64,000 nt of DNA from Lachnospiraceae bacterium (GTDB taxonomy: Bacteria; Bacillota; Clostridia; Lachnospirales; Lachnospiraceae): positions 709 through 64,708 of the forward strand of contig JAFWCK010000126.1 of NCBI GenBank assembly GCA_017536965.1. Direction: 5' to 3'. The notes under the pieces were generated by a model. The model worked only from the letters and a program-made list of their open reading frames with translations. It did no database searches and was not told the origin of the DNA. The stretch's first letter is position 1, and each line of letters opens with the position of its first letter. The position numbers and the translations under genes are program-made. Of the stretch, positions 20,028 through 29,105 are shown piece by piece.

Positions 20028-20792
20028 TTGTCCGTAACAGCGGGTCAGATCATACAGCAGCCCCTCTGCCCCATTATAACGCTCTTCCGGATCTGTTTTT
20101 GTACATCGGATCAGAATTTGATAAAGAGGAGCGGATATATCCGGTCTAAGAAAACGTATATGCTGAAATGTTTTTTCTTTGCCATCCGGATCACGCCCTG
20201 TCAGCATGAAATACAAAATTGACCCAAACCCGTAAATGTCTGTCCGGGTATCACTTTGGCTGTGGCTGTCCTCATATTGTTCCGGTGCTGCATAACCAAT
20301 CGTGCCCAGACAGACCGCATCCTGATCCTCCCGGAGAACATAACGTTTTGCTGCGCTGAAATCGATCAGCTTTACAGCTCTGTCCTTCCCGATCAGAATA
20401 TTATCCGGTTTCAGGTCCCGGTAAATGATTGGCGGCTTCTGCTCATGCAGATAACATAAAGCGCCTCCAATCTGCAAAGCAATCTGCAGTGTCTCCTCTG
20501 CCAACAGGCGGCTTTGTTTTCTTACATGCTGCCGCAGACTAACGCCTGGGAAGAATTCCTCGACCAGCAAGATCCCTTCCGGGACCATTAACCTGCAAAG
20601 CGGGTGGATGATCCCTTCATGATGCAGTTCCTGCAAAAGTAATGCTTCCTGACTGTTTTTATCCTTCAGGACCTTCACGATGACCAGCTGATTCCTTTTT
20701 CGGTCTCTGGCCAGAAACACCTCTGTAGCTGCGCTGCTTTCAAACGGTCTGCCTAATTCAAACCGTCCTGCAATGACTTGTCCCATATACAT
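20025..20792 (-). CDS. Serine/threonine protein kinase, catalytic domain only
   Basis: 255 aa; VIVKVLK, YRDLKPDNIL, IDFS, GTIGYAAPE. Confidence 0.8.
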   Translation of the reverse strand: MYMGQVIAGRFELGRPFESSAATEVFLARDRKRNQLVIVKVLKDKNSQEALLLQELHHEGIIHPLCRLMVPEGILLVEEFFPGVSLRQHVRKQSRLLAEETLQIALQIGGALCYLHEQKPPIIYRDLKPDNILIGKDRAVKLIDFSAAKRYVLREDQDAVCLGTIGYAAPEQYEDSHSQSDTRTDIYGFGSILYFMLTGRDPDGKEKTFQHIRFLRPDISAPLYQILIRCTKTDPEERYNGAEGLLYDLTRCYGQ

Positions 20793-20912
20793 ATTATTAT
20801 GATTCTATAAAAGGTATCCGAATGGACATCCGAGAATAATAACCCTGCCAAAAATTAACACAGCCAAAATGGCTGTGTCAATTAAGAGAATATTACATTC
20901 CTGTTAATATTA

Positions 20913-21473
20913 TTATTCGATTGGGTTTCCCTCTCCGTCAAAAAGCGGAAGTTTTTCCAGGAACAGGATATCATCCCGGTCAGCTGCATCTCCTTCTGCC
21001 AGGATGGCCATTCTGCCCACAACAATACCTCCTGCCTGATTTACTAATGTTTCGACTGCAGCAATAGATTCTCCGGTAGAAATAACATCATCCAGAAGCA
21101 GGATCCGTTTTCCTTTCATCTTCTCTGCATCCGCGCCATCCATATAAAGCTTCTGTTCTGCTTTTGTGGTAATGGACTGCACCGTTGTCTCAAAGACGCC
21201 GTTCATATAAAGTTTCGGTGCTTTCCGGACCAGAAAGTATTCATTCTGTCCGCTCTGTCTTGCCATTTCATGGATCAACGGGATGGCTTTTGCCTCCGGT
21301 GCTACCATATAGTCATACTCCGGAGCAATCTTAAGAAGTGCCGCTGCTGCTGCCACCGTCAGTTCCACATCTCCAAAAATAACAAACGCACCAATCGACA
21401 GCGTATCAGAAGCTTTGCAAATAGGGAGCGCACGCTCACATCCTGCAATTGTCATTTTATACGTTTTGTTCAT
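20913..21473 (-). CDS. Phosphoribosyltransferase family protein (type I PRTase)
   Basis: PRPP-binding loop RILLLDDVISTGES. Confidence 0.75.
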   Translation of the reverse strand: MNKTYKMTIAGCERALPICKASDTLSIGAFVIFGDVELTVAAAAALLKIAPEYDYMVAPEAKAIPLIHEMARQSGQNEYFLVRKAPKLYMNGVFETTVQSITTKAEQKLYMDGADAEKMKGKRILLLDDVISTGESIAAVETLVNQAGGIVVGRMAILAEGDAADRDDILFLEKLPLFDGEGNPIE

Positions 21474-21484
21474 GTCATTCTCCT

Positions 21485-22690
21485 TTAATTATCTGTATCT
21501 TCTATTACCAGTATTTGACTCCATTTGCTTTTATCGACGGAATGCGGTTCATAAATCCATTGTGACGCTACGCAGGAGACTGCAGCAAAATGATCCTGAT
21601 CAAAGTGGACGGTTCCCAGGACCGTATCCAGATTCAGTTCTTCTGCCGCCTTGACAATGGAATCTGCATCCACCGCCATAGCCCTTTTCAAGGTCTCTAC
21701 CGTTACTTCCACGATACCATGTTTGTATCCCAAAGACTCCGGACAAGGTGTAATATATTCGCTATTCCACCAGTCTGCCAGATCTTTTCCATCCTGCTTT
21801 GTCAGAGAAGAGGTAAAAGAAAAGGAAGGTGCCCAGGCTTCTGCAGTATAAGTCTGATCGAATGCACTGCTGAGAGGATCTTTTTCCAGTGCATCATAGT
21901 AAAGATGTTCGTTCACCAGCATACTGGATTTCATTTCCAATCCGGCATCATGGATCATCCGCTTTGCATTCAGATAGTCATCTGTATCCAGAACACATAA
22001 AAGTGCATCCGCTTTTGCATCCCGCAATGCTTTTACATAATCATCTGAGAGCTGGACCTCTTTTGCCGTGATCCGGTTTTCAGCACAATATTTGAGCGTT
22101 TTCCCCGCAAAGGAATTTTCCGAAGAATCCTGGTCTGTAAGGATCACTAAAGATGTGATCCCTTTTTCCTGCCAGATCGGAAGGAAAGCATCCATCTGCT
22201 CCTGGGTTCCTGCCGAAACGAGAAAAGAATATGTATGTTTTCCCTGTGCTTCCCAAAGGGTTTCATCTGCATCTACGCAGAAACAAGGGACCTGTTTCTC
22301 TTCACAGATTTCTGCAACTGGAAGAACCGTACTGTCTGAATGAGAAACAATGATCACGTCTACGTTCTCTTCTTCAACCAGCTGCAGCGCTGCTTCCTTG
22401 GCGCCTCTTTCTGTCGACCCCGAATCACGCAGGAGATAACGAACCATCAGTTTTTTCTCTAGGGCATCGATAAAAATGCCCCCGCTCTGGTTCAGCTCCT
22501 CAACTGCAGCCTTTTCTGTCTCCAGCGTTCCCTCTGCATATTCTGCAAATTCTCCCGTCATCGGACAGATACGGCCGATCGTCACATAGTTCTTTTTTGA
22601 CGTTTTCGGAGCAGTCTCACAGCTGCACAGGCACAAAGCAGTGCATATGGATAAAAAGATGACTAGTACGGCTTTTTTCATATACCTCAT
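21485..22690 (-). CDS. Lipoprotein, periplasmic-binding-protein type I fold (ABC substrate-binding-like); no permease or ATPase adjacent
   Basis: Lipobox LCLCSCE; 401 aa; alternating beta-alpha pattern. The family call is tentative. Confidence 0.5.
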   Translation of the reverse strand: MRYMKKAVLVIFLSICTALCLCSCETAPKTSKKNYVTIGRICPMTGEFAEYAEGTLETEKAAVEELNQSGGIFIDALEKKLMVRYLLRDSGSTERGAKEAALQLVEEENVDVIIVSHSDSTVLPVAEICEEKQVPCFCVDADETLWEAQGKHTYSFLVSAGTQEQMDAFLPIWQEKGITSLVILTDQDSSENSFAGKTLKYCAENRITAKEVQLSDDYVKALRDAKADALLCVLDTDDYLNAKRMIHDAGLEMKSSMLVNEHLYYDALEKDPLSSAFDQTYTAEAWAPSFSFTSSLTKQDGKDLADWWNSEYITPCPESLGYKHGIVEVTVETLKRAMAVDADSIVKAAEELNLDTVLGTVHFDQDHFAAVSCVASQWIYEPHSVDKSKWSQILVIEDTDN

Positions 22691-22693
22691 ATA

Positions 22694-23560
22694 TTATTCT
22701 GCAAGCTCCGAGATCACGCGTACAGCTTCTCCGATTGCCTGGTTATCCACCTCTTCAAAGCGGCCTGCATCGGATAAAGCAGCCTGCTCCGGAATGATCG
22801 GCATCTTTCCAAGCACCGGAAGTCCAAGCGCAGAAGCAATGTCTTCAATATGGCTCTCGCCAAAGACATGGATCTTCTTTCCACAGTCCGGACACTCTAT
22901 ATAGCTATAATTCTCAACGATTCCAAGCACCGGAATGTTCATAGCAGTTGCCATGTTGTATGCCTTTTTCACGATCATCGTGACCAGGCTCTGCGGACTG
23001 GTGACGATCACAATTCCGTCCAGAGGAATGGACTGGAATACGGTCAGCGGCACATCACCGGTTCCCGGAGGAAGATCGACCAGGAGGTAATCCAATTCTC
23101 CCCAAATGACATCTGTCCAGAACTGCTTTACAACTCCTGCCAGCACGGGACCTCTCCAAATAACCGGAGTTTCCTCATCTTCCAGAAGCATATTGACGCT
23201 GATGATGCGGATCCCGCTAGCTGTCTCGCGCGGGAAGATCCCATCTTCGCTGCCTTCTGCATGCCCTTTAATACCAAACATCTTCTGAATGGAAGGGCCG
23301 GTAATATCTGCATCCAGGATGCCGACTTTATATCCTTTTTTGGCCAGTTCTACTGCAAGACTGCCGGTCACAAAGGATTTTCCGACACCGCCTTTTCCGC
23401 TGACCACACCGATCACCTTTTTAATATTGCTGAAGCGATTTTGCTCCTCTAAGAAGCTCTCCGGTCCATTCTTGCTTGGACAAGAGTCTGCGTGTTCACA
23501 TCCGGCGCAAGACTCTTCGCTGCAGCCTTCCTGTTCTCTGATATCTTTCTCGTCTGCCAT
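22694..23560 (-). CDS. Mrp/NBP35 (ApbC-like) Fe-S cluster carrier ATPase
   Basis: VSGKGGVGKS deviant Walker A; CxxC (CPDCGKK); Cys-rich N-terminus. Confidence 0.85.
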   Translation of the reverse strand: MADEKDIREQEGCSEESCAGCEHADSCPSKNGPESFLEEQNRFSNIKKVIGVVSGKGGVGKSFVTGSLAVELAKKGYKVGILDADITGPSIQKMFGIKGHAEGSEDGIFPRETASGIRIISVNMLLEDEETPVIWRGPVLAGVVKQFWTDVIWGELDYLLVDLPPGTGDVPLTVFQSIPLDGIVIVTSPQSLVTMIVKKAYNMATAMNIPVLGIVENYSYIECPDCGKKIHVFGESHIEDIASALGLPVLGKMPIIPEQAALSDAGRFEEVDNQAIGEAVRVISELAE

Positions 23561-23580
23561 AGTGATTCTCCTATCTTTTT

Positions 23581-25461
23581 TTACTTCGTCAATAATACCA
23601 TTATACGATTACTGCGCGCAATGAATTTCGACATCTCCTCCGGCGTCAGTGGTTCATTACCCAGTTTGGCCAGATCATAAAGTTGCTCCAGTACCATATC
23701 TGCGTTCTCCTCATCGTCCTCTGAATGAGAAAGGACATACTGAACCAGTTCGTTATTGTTATTCAAAACCAGGGTTCCCGGGGTACGCATTTGTTCAAAT
23801 TCTGTATTATCCATACCCATCATGCCCATCTGTATCATCATGTCTTCCATTCGCTTGCTTTCCTCAGAAACAGTAAGCATGGAGGATACGTCTGCGTTTT
23901 TCAGATTCTGCAGGGATACTTCCAATTTCTCCTTGCCCGTCAATTTTCTTAAGCGTTCCTGGAGTTTTCCAGCTTTTTCATCCAGTTCTGCCTGATCTTT
24001 TTTCGAGGTACGTTTACGGAACACACGATCCAGATCTGTATCAATCCGCAAGAACTGTACGCCCTCATTCTTCATTTCCAGCTGAGAAATGTAACTGGTA
24101 TCGATCACATGCTCCAGGTAGACTGCATCCAGTTTTGCTTTTTTGAACATGTCAATATACTGCCCCTGCTGGCGTCTGTCGGAAACGTAAAAGATGGTAT
24201 TTTCATGTTTCTCCTTATTCTCCTCCAGACACTCCTTAAATGTCAGATATTTTCCGCTGAGGTTTTGGAACAGTACATAATCATTCATTTTCTCTGCAAA
24301 TTTTTCGTCCCGCAAGCAGCCAAACTTAATAAACGGAGAAATATCATTCCAGTACTTTTCATATTCTTCCTTATCAGTCTTATACATACCAGAAAGCTTA
24401 TCCGCTACTTTTTTGGTAATATAATCAGAGATCTTGCTGACAAACCCGTCATTCTGCAGCGCACTTCTGGAAACGTTCAACGGAAGATCCGGACAGTCGA
24501 TCACACCTTTTAAAAGCAGCAGGAATTCCGGGATCACCTCTTTGATGTTATCTGCGATAAATACCTGATTGTTATATAGTTTGATCGTTCCTTCTATGCT
24601 GTCATATTGATTTGTAATCTTCGGAAAATAAAGGATGCCCTTCAGATTAAACGGATAATCCATGTTCAGATGGATCCAGAACAATGGCTCTTTATAGTCG
24701 TTAAATACTTTCCGGTAAAAATCAATATAATCGTCTTTTTTGCATGAATTCGGATGCTTGGTCCAAAGCGGATGGGTCTCGTTAACCGGTTTCGGCTCCT
24801 CTTCTCCTTCGGTTTCTTTTCCGACAGCATCTGTATTGACAAAGTAGATTTCCTCCGGCATAAAAGAACAATACTTATTCAGTACTTCTTTTACACGGTA
24901 CTCATTACTGAACTCATAGCAGTCCTCGTTCAGGTACAATGTCACTTCTGTACCAACTGTCGTTTTGTCAGAATCGCTCATTTCAAATTCGGTGCCGCCA
25001 TCGCATTCCCAATAAACGGCTTTTGCGCCTTCCTGATAGGAAAGTGTCTCAATGGTCACCTTATCCGCTACCATGAAAGCAGAATAAAAGCCCAGTCCGA
25101 AATGCCCGATGATCTGGTCTTCATTTGCCTTATCTTTATATTTTTCCAAAAAGTCTGTAGCTCCGCTGAATGCGATCTGGTTGATATATTCCCGGACCTC
25201 GTCTGCTGTCATACCAATACCGTTATCAATCACCTTTAAGGTCTTTTTGGTCGGATTGGCAATGACCTGAATAGAAAAATGATTTCCTTCCGGGAACTGA
25301 TATTCTCCCATGATCTCCAGCTTCCTAAGCTTGGTAATGGCATCACAGCCGTTGGAGACCAGCTCCCGCAGAAAGATATCATGATCCGAATACAGCCACT
25401 TTTTAATAATAGGGAATATGTTTTCACTGTTTATCGATAAGCTTCCCTTTTCTTTGCTCAT
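23581..25461 (-). CDS. htpG: Molecular chaperone HtpG (Hsp90)
   Basis: ORF 23581..25470; ATG 25461 lies 8 nt after AAGGAG; FLRELVSNGCDA, GHFGLGFYSAFMVA. Confidence 0.9.
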   Translation of the reverse strand: MSKEKGSLSINSENIFPIIKKWLYSDHDIFLRELVSNGCDAITKLRKLEIMGEYQFPEGNHFSIQVIANPTKKTLKVIDNGIGMTADEVREYINQIAFSGATDFLEKYKDKANEDQIIGHFGLGFYSAFMVADKVTIETLSYQEGAKAVYWECDGGTEFEMSDSDKTTVGTEVTLYLNEDCYEFSNEYRVKEVLNKYCSFMPEEIYFVNTDAVGKETEGEEEPKPVNETHPLWTKHPNSCKKDDYIDFYRKVFNDYKEPLFWIHLNMDYPFNLKGILYFPKITNQYDSIEGTIKLYNNQVFIADNIKEVIPEFLLLLKGVIDCPDLPLNVSRSALQNDGFVSKISDYITKKVADKLSGMYKTDKEEYEKYWNDISPFIKFGCLRDEKFAEKMNDYVLFQNLSGKYLTFKECLEENKEKHENTIFYVSDRRQQGQYIDMFKKAKLDAVYLEHVIDTSYISQLEMKNEGVQFLRIDTDLDRVFRKRTSKKDQAELDEKAGKLQERLRKLTGKEKLEVSLQNLKNADVSSMLTVSEESKRMEDMMIQMGMMGMDNTEFEQMRTPGTLVLNNNNELVQYVLSHSEDDEENADMVLEQLYDLAKLGNEPLTPEEMSKFIARSNRIMVLLTK

Positions 25462-25528
25462 GTCGATCACTCCTTTTTGTCGTCATTTACGTTTTCGCTC
25501 TTTTAAACGAAAACTCTCTGTTATTATA

Positions 25529-25555
25529 TTAGCACTCTTTTGATGAGAGTGCTAA
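25529..25555. promoter_or_regulatory. CIRCE operator (HrcA binding site) upstream of htpG
   Basis: Exact TTAGCACTC-N9-GAGTGCTAA. Confidence 0.9.
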
Positions 25556-25648
25556 TACTTTTTTGTGTTTTTTGTATGAAGTTTTTTTATCATTGAAAAA
25601 TCATGTATGATGTGCTATTTTATCTTAGTCCGCGGAAACGCGTGATAT

Positions 25649-25721
25649 GCCTCAATAGCTCAGTCGGTAGAGCACTTCACTCGTAATGAAGGGGTCGCAG
25701 GTTCAAGTCCCGTTTGAGGCT
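25649..25721 (+). tRNA. tRNA-Thr (anticodon CGT)
   Basis: GCCTCAA...TTGAGGC acceptor stem, AGCTCAGTCGGTAGAGC D-arm, anticodon loop CTCGTAA, GGTTCAAGTCC T-arm (one A-C mismatch in the T stem). Confidence 0.85.
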
Positions 25722-25731
25722 TCTCTTTAAA

Positions 25732-25765
25732 AAAGGAAAGTCTGCTGAAAGACTTTCCTTTTATT
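25732..25765. terminator. Intrinsic terminator after tRNA-Thr
   Basis: AAAGGAAAGTC...GACTTTCCTTT hairpin with a T-rich tail. Confidence 0.75.
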
Positions 25766-25766
25766 A

Positions 25767-26750
25767 TTACTGCTTGACCTCTATCTGTGAGCACATCTGT
25801 ATGATCAACTCTAAAAATTCCTTTCGGAACTCTTCATAGTGTTCCGGGTGTTTCGTTCCCATAGCATTTAGAGTCTTCCCATCATCAAATCCAAAACTCA
25901 TCTGGAACCACTCTTTATTTGCATAATCTTCATCCGTCTCATCATAATTGTACCAGGTGATCAGATCATATTTCTCAATTAATTCCTGGATCCCGGCAAA
26001 ATCGATCTTATCTGCTTCTACAGCCTCATAATACTGGTAGGTGCCTTCCGGAAGCAGTTCCCCGCTTACTGAAGATATCTGCACGTCAAAGTTTTTCTCT
26101 CTGACTCCAGGCATAGTAATAAAGATCTCATATTTATCGCTTCCAGATGCCCCTCTTTGCATATAATTGACCATCATAAACGTTAGTTTTCCCGATATGC
26201 CTTCTGCAATCTTCTCCTGTCTTTTCTCTTCCAGCATTTCCTGCTTCAGAGGGGAAAACAATGCTTCCATTTTTTCGCAAAAGTCCTTATAGCCCTCCGG
26301 GGTGCTGTTGCTTCCATATGCAGAAAGTGATCGTCCATCTCGAAACGTGATGGAAAGGGAAAAGCCGTCCCCATCCAATACATGGTCGTTGGTCTTGTCA
26401 AAACCGTCCCATGCTGCCAGATGGCAGTCCTGATAGAGCTGCGTCAGCTGGTCCAGAAACGCGCCATCCACTTCCCGGGTCAGTTCTCCGTAATCCGGAT
26501 ATAACATGCTCTCATAAACGAAGAAATGTTTCCCATCCTCTTCATTGATAGAATAAGAATAGGAGTCACCCCCTATCGACCCGTGATAAGCATAATAAAA
26601 CGTATCTACACCGCTTTGATCACCTTCCGCATTCATTCCTGCTCCGTCAGATCCGCTCATGCCGTTTTCCGGGTCCGGATTTCGCTTGCAACCGGCAAAT
26701 GCTCCGATGATTCCCATCGCTAACAAGATCGTGATAATACTTTTTTTCAT
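25767..26750 (-). CDS. Lipoprotein of unknown function with two internally similar domains
   Basis: ORF 25767..26792; start MKKSIITILLAMGIIGAFAGC at 26750. Two repeats share a W.G/Y.D...DG..F..S..F.DG..L.A.G...PE.Y..F pattern. Confidence 0.6.
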   Translation of the reverse strand: MKKSIITILLAMGIIGAFAGCKRNPDPENGMSGSDGAGMNAEGDQSGVDTFYYAYHGSIGGDSYSYSINEEDGKHFFVYESMLYPDYGELTREVDGAFLDQLTQLYQDCHLAAWDGFDKTNDHVLDGDGFSLSITFRDGRSLSAYGSNSTPEGYKDFCEKMEALFSPLKQEMLEEKRQEKIAEGISGKLTFMMVNYMQRGASGSDKYEIFITMPGVREKNFDVQISSVSGELLPEGTYQYYEAVEADKIDFAGIQELIEKYDLITWYNYDETDEDYANKEWFQMSFGFDDGKTLNAMGTKHPEHYEEFRKEFLELIIQMCSQIEVKQ

Positions 26751-26770
26751 TGTCCTTTCCTCAACAAACC

Positions 26771-27229
26771 CTACCGATTCCTTTGTTTCCAAACTTTTTC
26801 CAGGGTTTCATATACAACAGGATTCGGATGCCCTGTTTCAAAGTACCGTGAGTTATCTGCTCCAAGCATTTTGGCAGCAAACGCAGCTACCGCTCTGGAA
26901 CGTGACTCTCCTCCGTAACAGTGCACCAACAGAGTCTCTGCGGCTTTATTTTTCTGCAGGAAATCGATGATCTTCTCTGCATGTTCCTGATTGAATAAAA
27001 CCGCACCGTCCACTTCTTTCACAGTATCATCAAAATAAAGAGTCAGGACATCTTTGCAGTATTTATTTGTTCGAAATTCAAAACCGAATCCCTCTGTATG
27101 TGTATCCTGAATAGAGATCACCACATAGGTATCTTGTTTTTGAGCCATTTCCTCCATCCCTGCAGGCGCATAATGTGCCATTACATAGTCAAATGCGTCA
27201 TAGACGGAGCGCAGCATAATCCGTTTCAT
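26771..27229 (-). CDS. Cys-based phosphatase-like protein (HCx5R motif)
   Basis: LLVHCYGGESRSRAV fits the HC-X5-R(S/T) signature. Confidence 0.6.
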   Translation of the reverse strand: MKRIMLRSVYDAFDYVMAHYAPAGMEEMAQKQDTYVVISIQDTHTEGFGFEFRTNKYCKDVLTLYFDDTVKEVDGAVLFNQEHAEKIIDFLQKNKAAETLLVHCYGGESRSRAVAAFAAKMLGADNSRYFETGHPNPVVYETLEKVWKQRNR

Positions 27230-27243
27230 ATTTATACCACTCT

Positions 27244-27933
27244 TTAATATGTATTTTCCGTTCCGTAATAATCCGCTGCATTCTGCACTGGTTCACTCTT
27301 GTACCAGATCGGGCTGTCATTTCTGCGGACTGCAAACAGAAAGATCGGATAAAGGAATGAAAATACCAATGACAAAACAAACAGCACGATGTATTTCCCG
27401 GAGCAGCTTTTATATATGTGAAATAAACTGACATTGAGAAAAACCGTGGCAATTGCCAATAATATATAACTGATCGCAGCAATCGCCAGCCCAACATAAA
27501 AGACAGGATCAGAGACGGCCTCTTGTGCATGTCGCTGCAATATATCAAAGTCTCCCCGGTATATAGAATCGATCAGTTCCGGTGAGAAACGGATCGCAAC
27601 CAGATTCAAAAAAGTACTAACACCGGAAAGAACACCGCCGGCTATTAGAAAGATTGGATAAAGCGCAACGTAATGGCTCCTCCTGCCACGTTTTTTGAGC
27701 ACTGCATCATCTGCAATCTGCCCAAGTTTAAACATAGAAATGAATGGAATCCAGGCAAGCGCACTGGCACTAAGATGGCGCCTCCGGCTGATGGTATACA
27801 TCCCGATTCCCTTAAAGATATAAAAAACCAATGCAAAAACCAGCCAAAGCAGAACAAAAGCTGCGCATATAATGATAAGAATAGGTCCTACTGCCATTTT
27901 TACTTCCTCTTTTCTATTATTTAGCGAATCCAT
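27244..27933 (-). CDS. Multi-pass membrane protein, unknown function
   Basis: 229 aa with about 5 hydrophobic helices; preferred over the overlapping ORF 27198..27548. Confidence 0.55.
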   Translation of the reverse strand: MDSLNNRKEEVKMAVGPILIIICAAFVLLWLVFALVFYIFKGIGMYTISRRRHLSASALAWIPFISMFKLGQIADDAVLKKRGRRSHYVALYPIFLIAGGVLSGVSTFLNLVAIRFSPELIDSIYRGDFDILQRHAQEAVSDPVFYVGLAIAAISYILLAIATVFLNVSLFHIYKSCSGKYIVLFVLSLVFSFLYPIFLFAVRRNDSPIWYKSEPVQNAADYYGTENTY

Positions 27934-28295
27934 TTATTAGACAGAGTCGGATGGTCATATCCCCAACAGCTCTCCACCAATCGGATTCCGATACAGACTG
28001 CATGGATCGCATCTTTAAAGCCATAATACTCTGCAAGTCCGCAAAAACTCCCATCATCTTTCCTGCAGACAGCCAAAATCAGGGATTCTTTTGCAGCGAA
28101 ACATTCATCGTAGAGTTTACGGATCATTTCATGGATATCTTCATATTGCTGCTCAAATAAAAAAGTCGGCAGATACCGATATACTTTTTTACTCTGAATC
28201 ATCTTTTGTAATTCTTCAGCATCTGCGTCTGTAATTTTCCGGATTATGATATGCTCCCCTTCGATAAAAGGGATTTCATCAAATACTTTTTTCAT
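27921..28295 (-). CDS. GNAT (RimJ/RimL-like) N-acetyltransferase, apparently C-terminally truncated
   Basis: N-terminal GEHIIIRKITDADAEEL and CGLAEY...IGIRLVESCWG fit a GNAT fold, but the ORF ends about 50-60 aa early. Confidence 0.4.
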   Translation of the reverse strand: MKKVFDEIPFIEGEHIIIRKITDADAEELQKMIQSKKVYRYLPTFLFEQQYEDIHEMIRKLYDECFAAKESLILAVCRKDDGSFCGLAEYYGFKDAIHAVCIGIRLVESCWGYDHPTLSNKWIR

Positions 28296-28951
28296 GCTTT
28301 CTTTTTAAAGGAAAATTTGTTTTCTTTCCCTTGTGCAAGACGTTTCAGATTTTCCCTGTGAGTCCAGAAAACAAGAAGTGTCATCAACACCATAATAATG
28401 ATACAGTCAGGGTACCATCCCCGACTCACTTTTATCAGACCTGTCAGCAGAAAAACGATAAATAGAATGCATTCCGCTGTCATCATAGACAGAGATGCTA
28501 AAGAGACATATCGGGTCAGGACACAGATCCCAAAGAAAATGACGACGCCGATCACGATCATTTTCCAATCGCCCAACATAATAAGGAGCGCTGCAGAAGG
28601 CGCAACACCTTTTCCGCCTTTAAAATGCAGATAGAATGGAAAATCATGACCCAGGATCGCTCCAAAGCCTGTATACAGGTATAACGGGATCCGGTCGATA
28701 TCAACTTTAACCCCTTTTACGACAACAAAATAAACCAACAGTACAACAATAACGACCTTCAGCATATCTCCCACGCCAGTCGCAATGCCGCCGCCAATTC
28801 CAACGGTACGAAATGCATTTGTCGTACCCAGATTTCCGCTTCCCTTTTTTCGGATATCAACTTTCTTCGCCGTCCCAACAAAGAACGCCGCAACCATGCA
28901 ACCGAAAAAATAGCCGATGATCAAACCTGCAAAACAGATCAGTCGTTCCAT
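28292..28951 (-). CDS. plsY: Glycerol-3-phosphate acyltransferase PlsY
   Basis: GSGNLGTTNAFRTVG and HDFPFYLHFKGGKGVA motifs. Confidence 0.9.
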   Translation of the reverse strand: MERLICFAGLIIGYFFGCMVAAFFVGTAKKVDIRKKGSGNLGTTNAFRTVGIGGGIATGVGDMLKVVIVVLLVYFVVVKGVKVDIDRIPLYLYTGFGAILGHDFPFYLHFKGGKGVAPSAALLIMLGDWKMIVIGVVIFFGICVLTRYVSLASLSMMTAECILFIVFLLTGLIKVSRGWYPDCIIIMVLMTLLVFWTHRENLKRLAQGKENKFSFKKKA

Positions 28952-29105
28952 AAAAATCCTCTCCCAGTTTAACCGGTATCTCCTATTTCGGCAATTAAAT
29001 TATAATTTTATACGCTGCAAAGTTCAAGCAAATGTCCTGCATTAGACGTGTTTTTATTGCCGTACAAAGAAAACTTGAATGTTCCAGAAAAAGGAAGAGC
29101 TCTGC

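Noticed and set aside
27198-27548. 116-aa ORF overlapping the membrane-protein gene
   Set aside because: It is in an alternative frame inside the longer 27244-27933 ORF, whose product has a consistent multi-TM profile.
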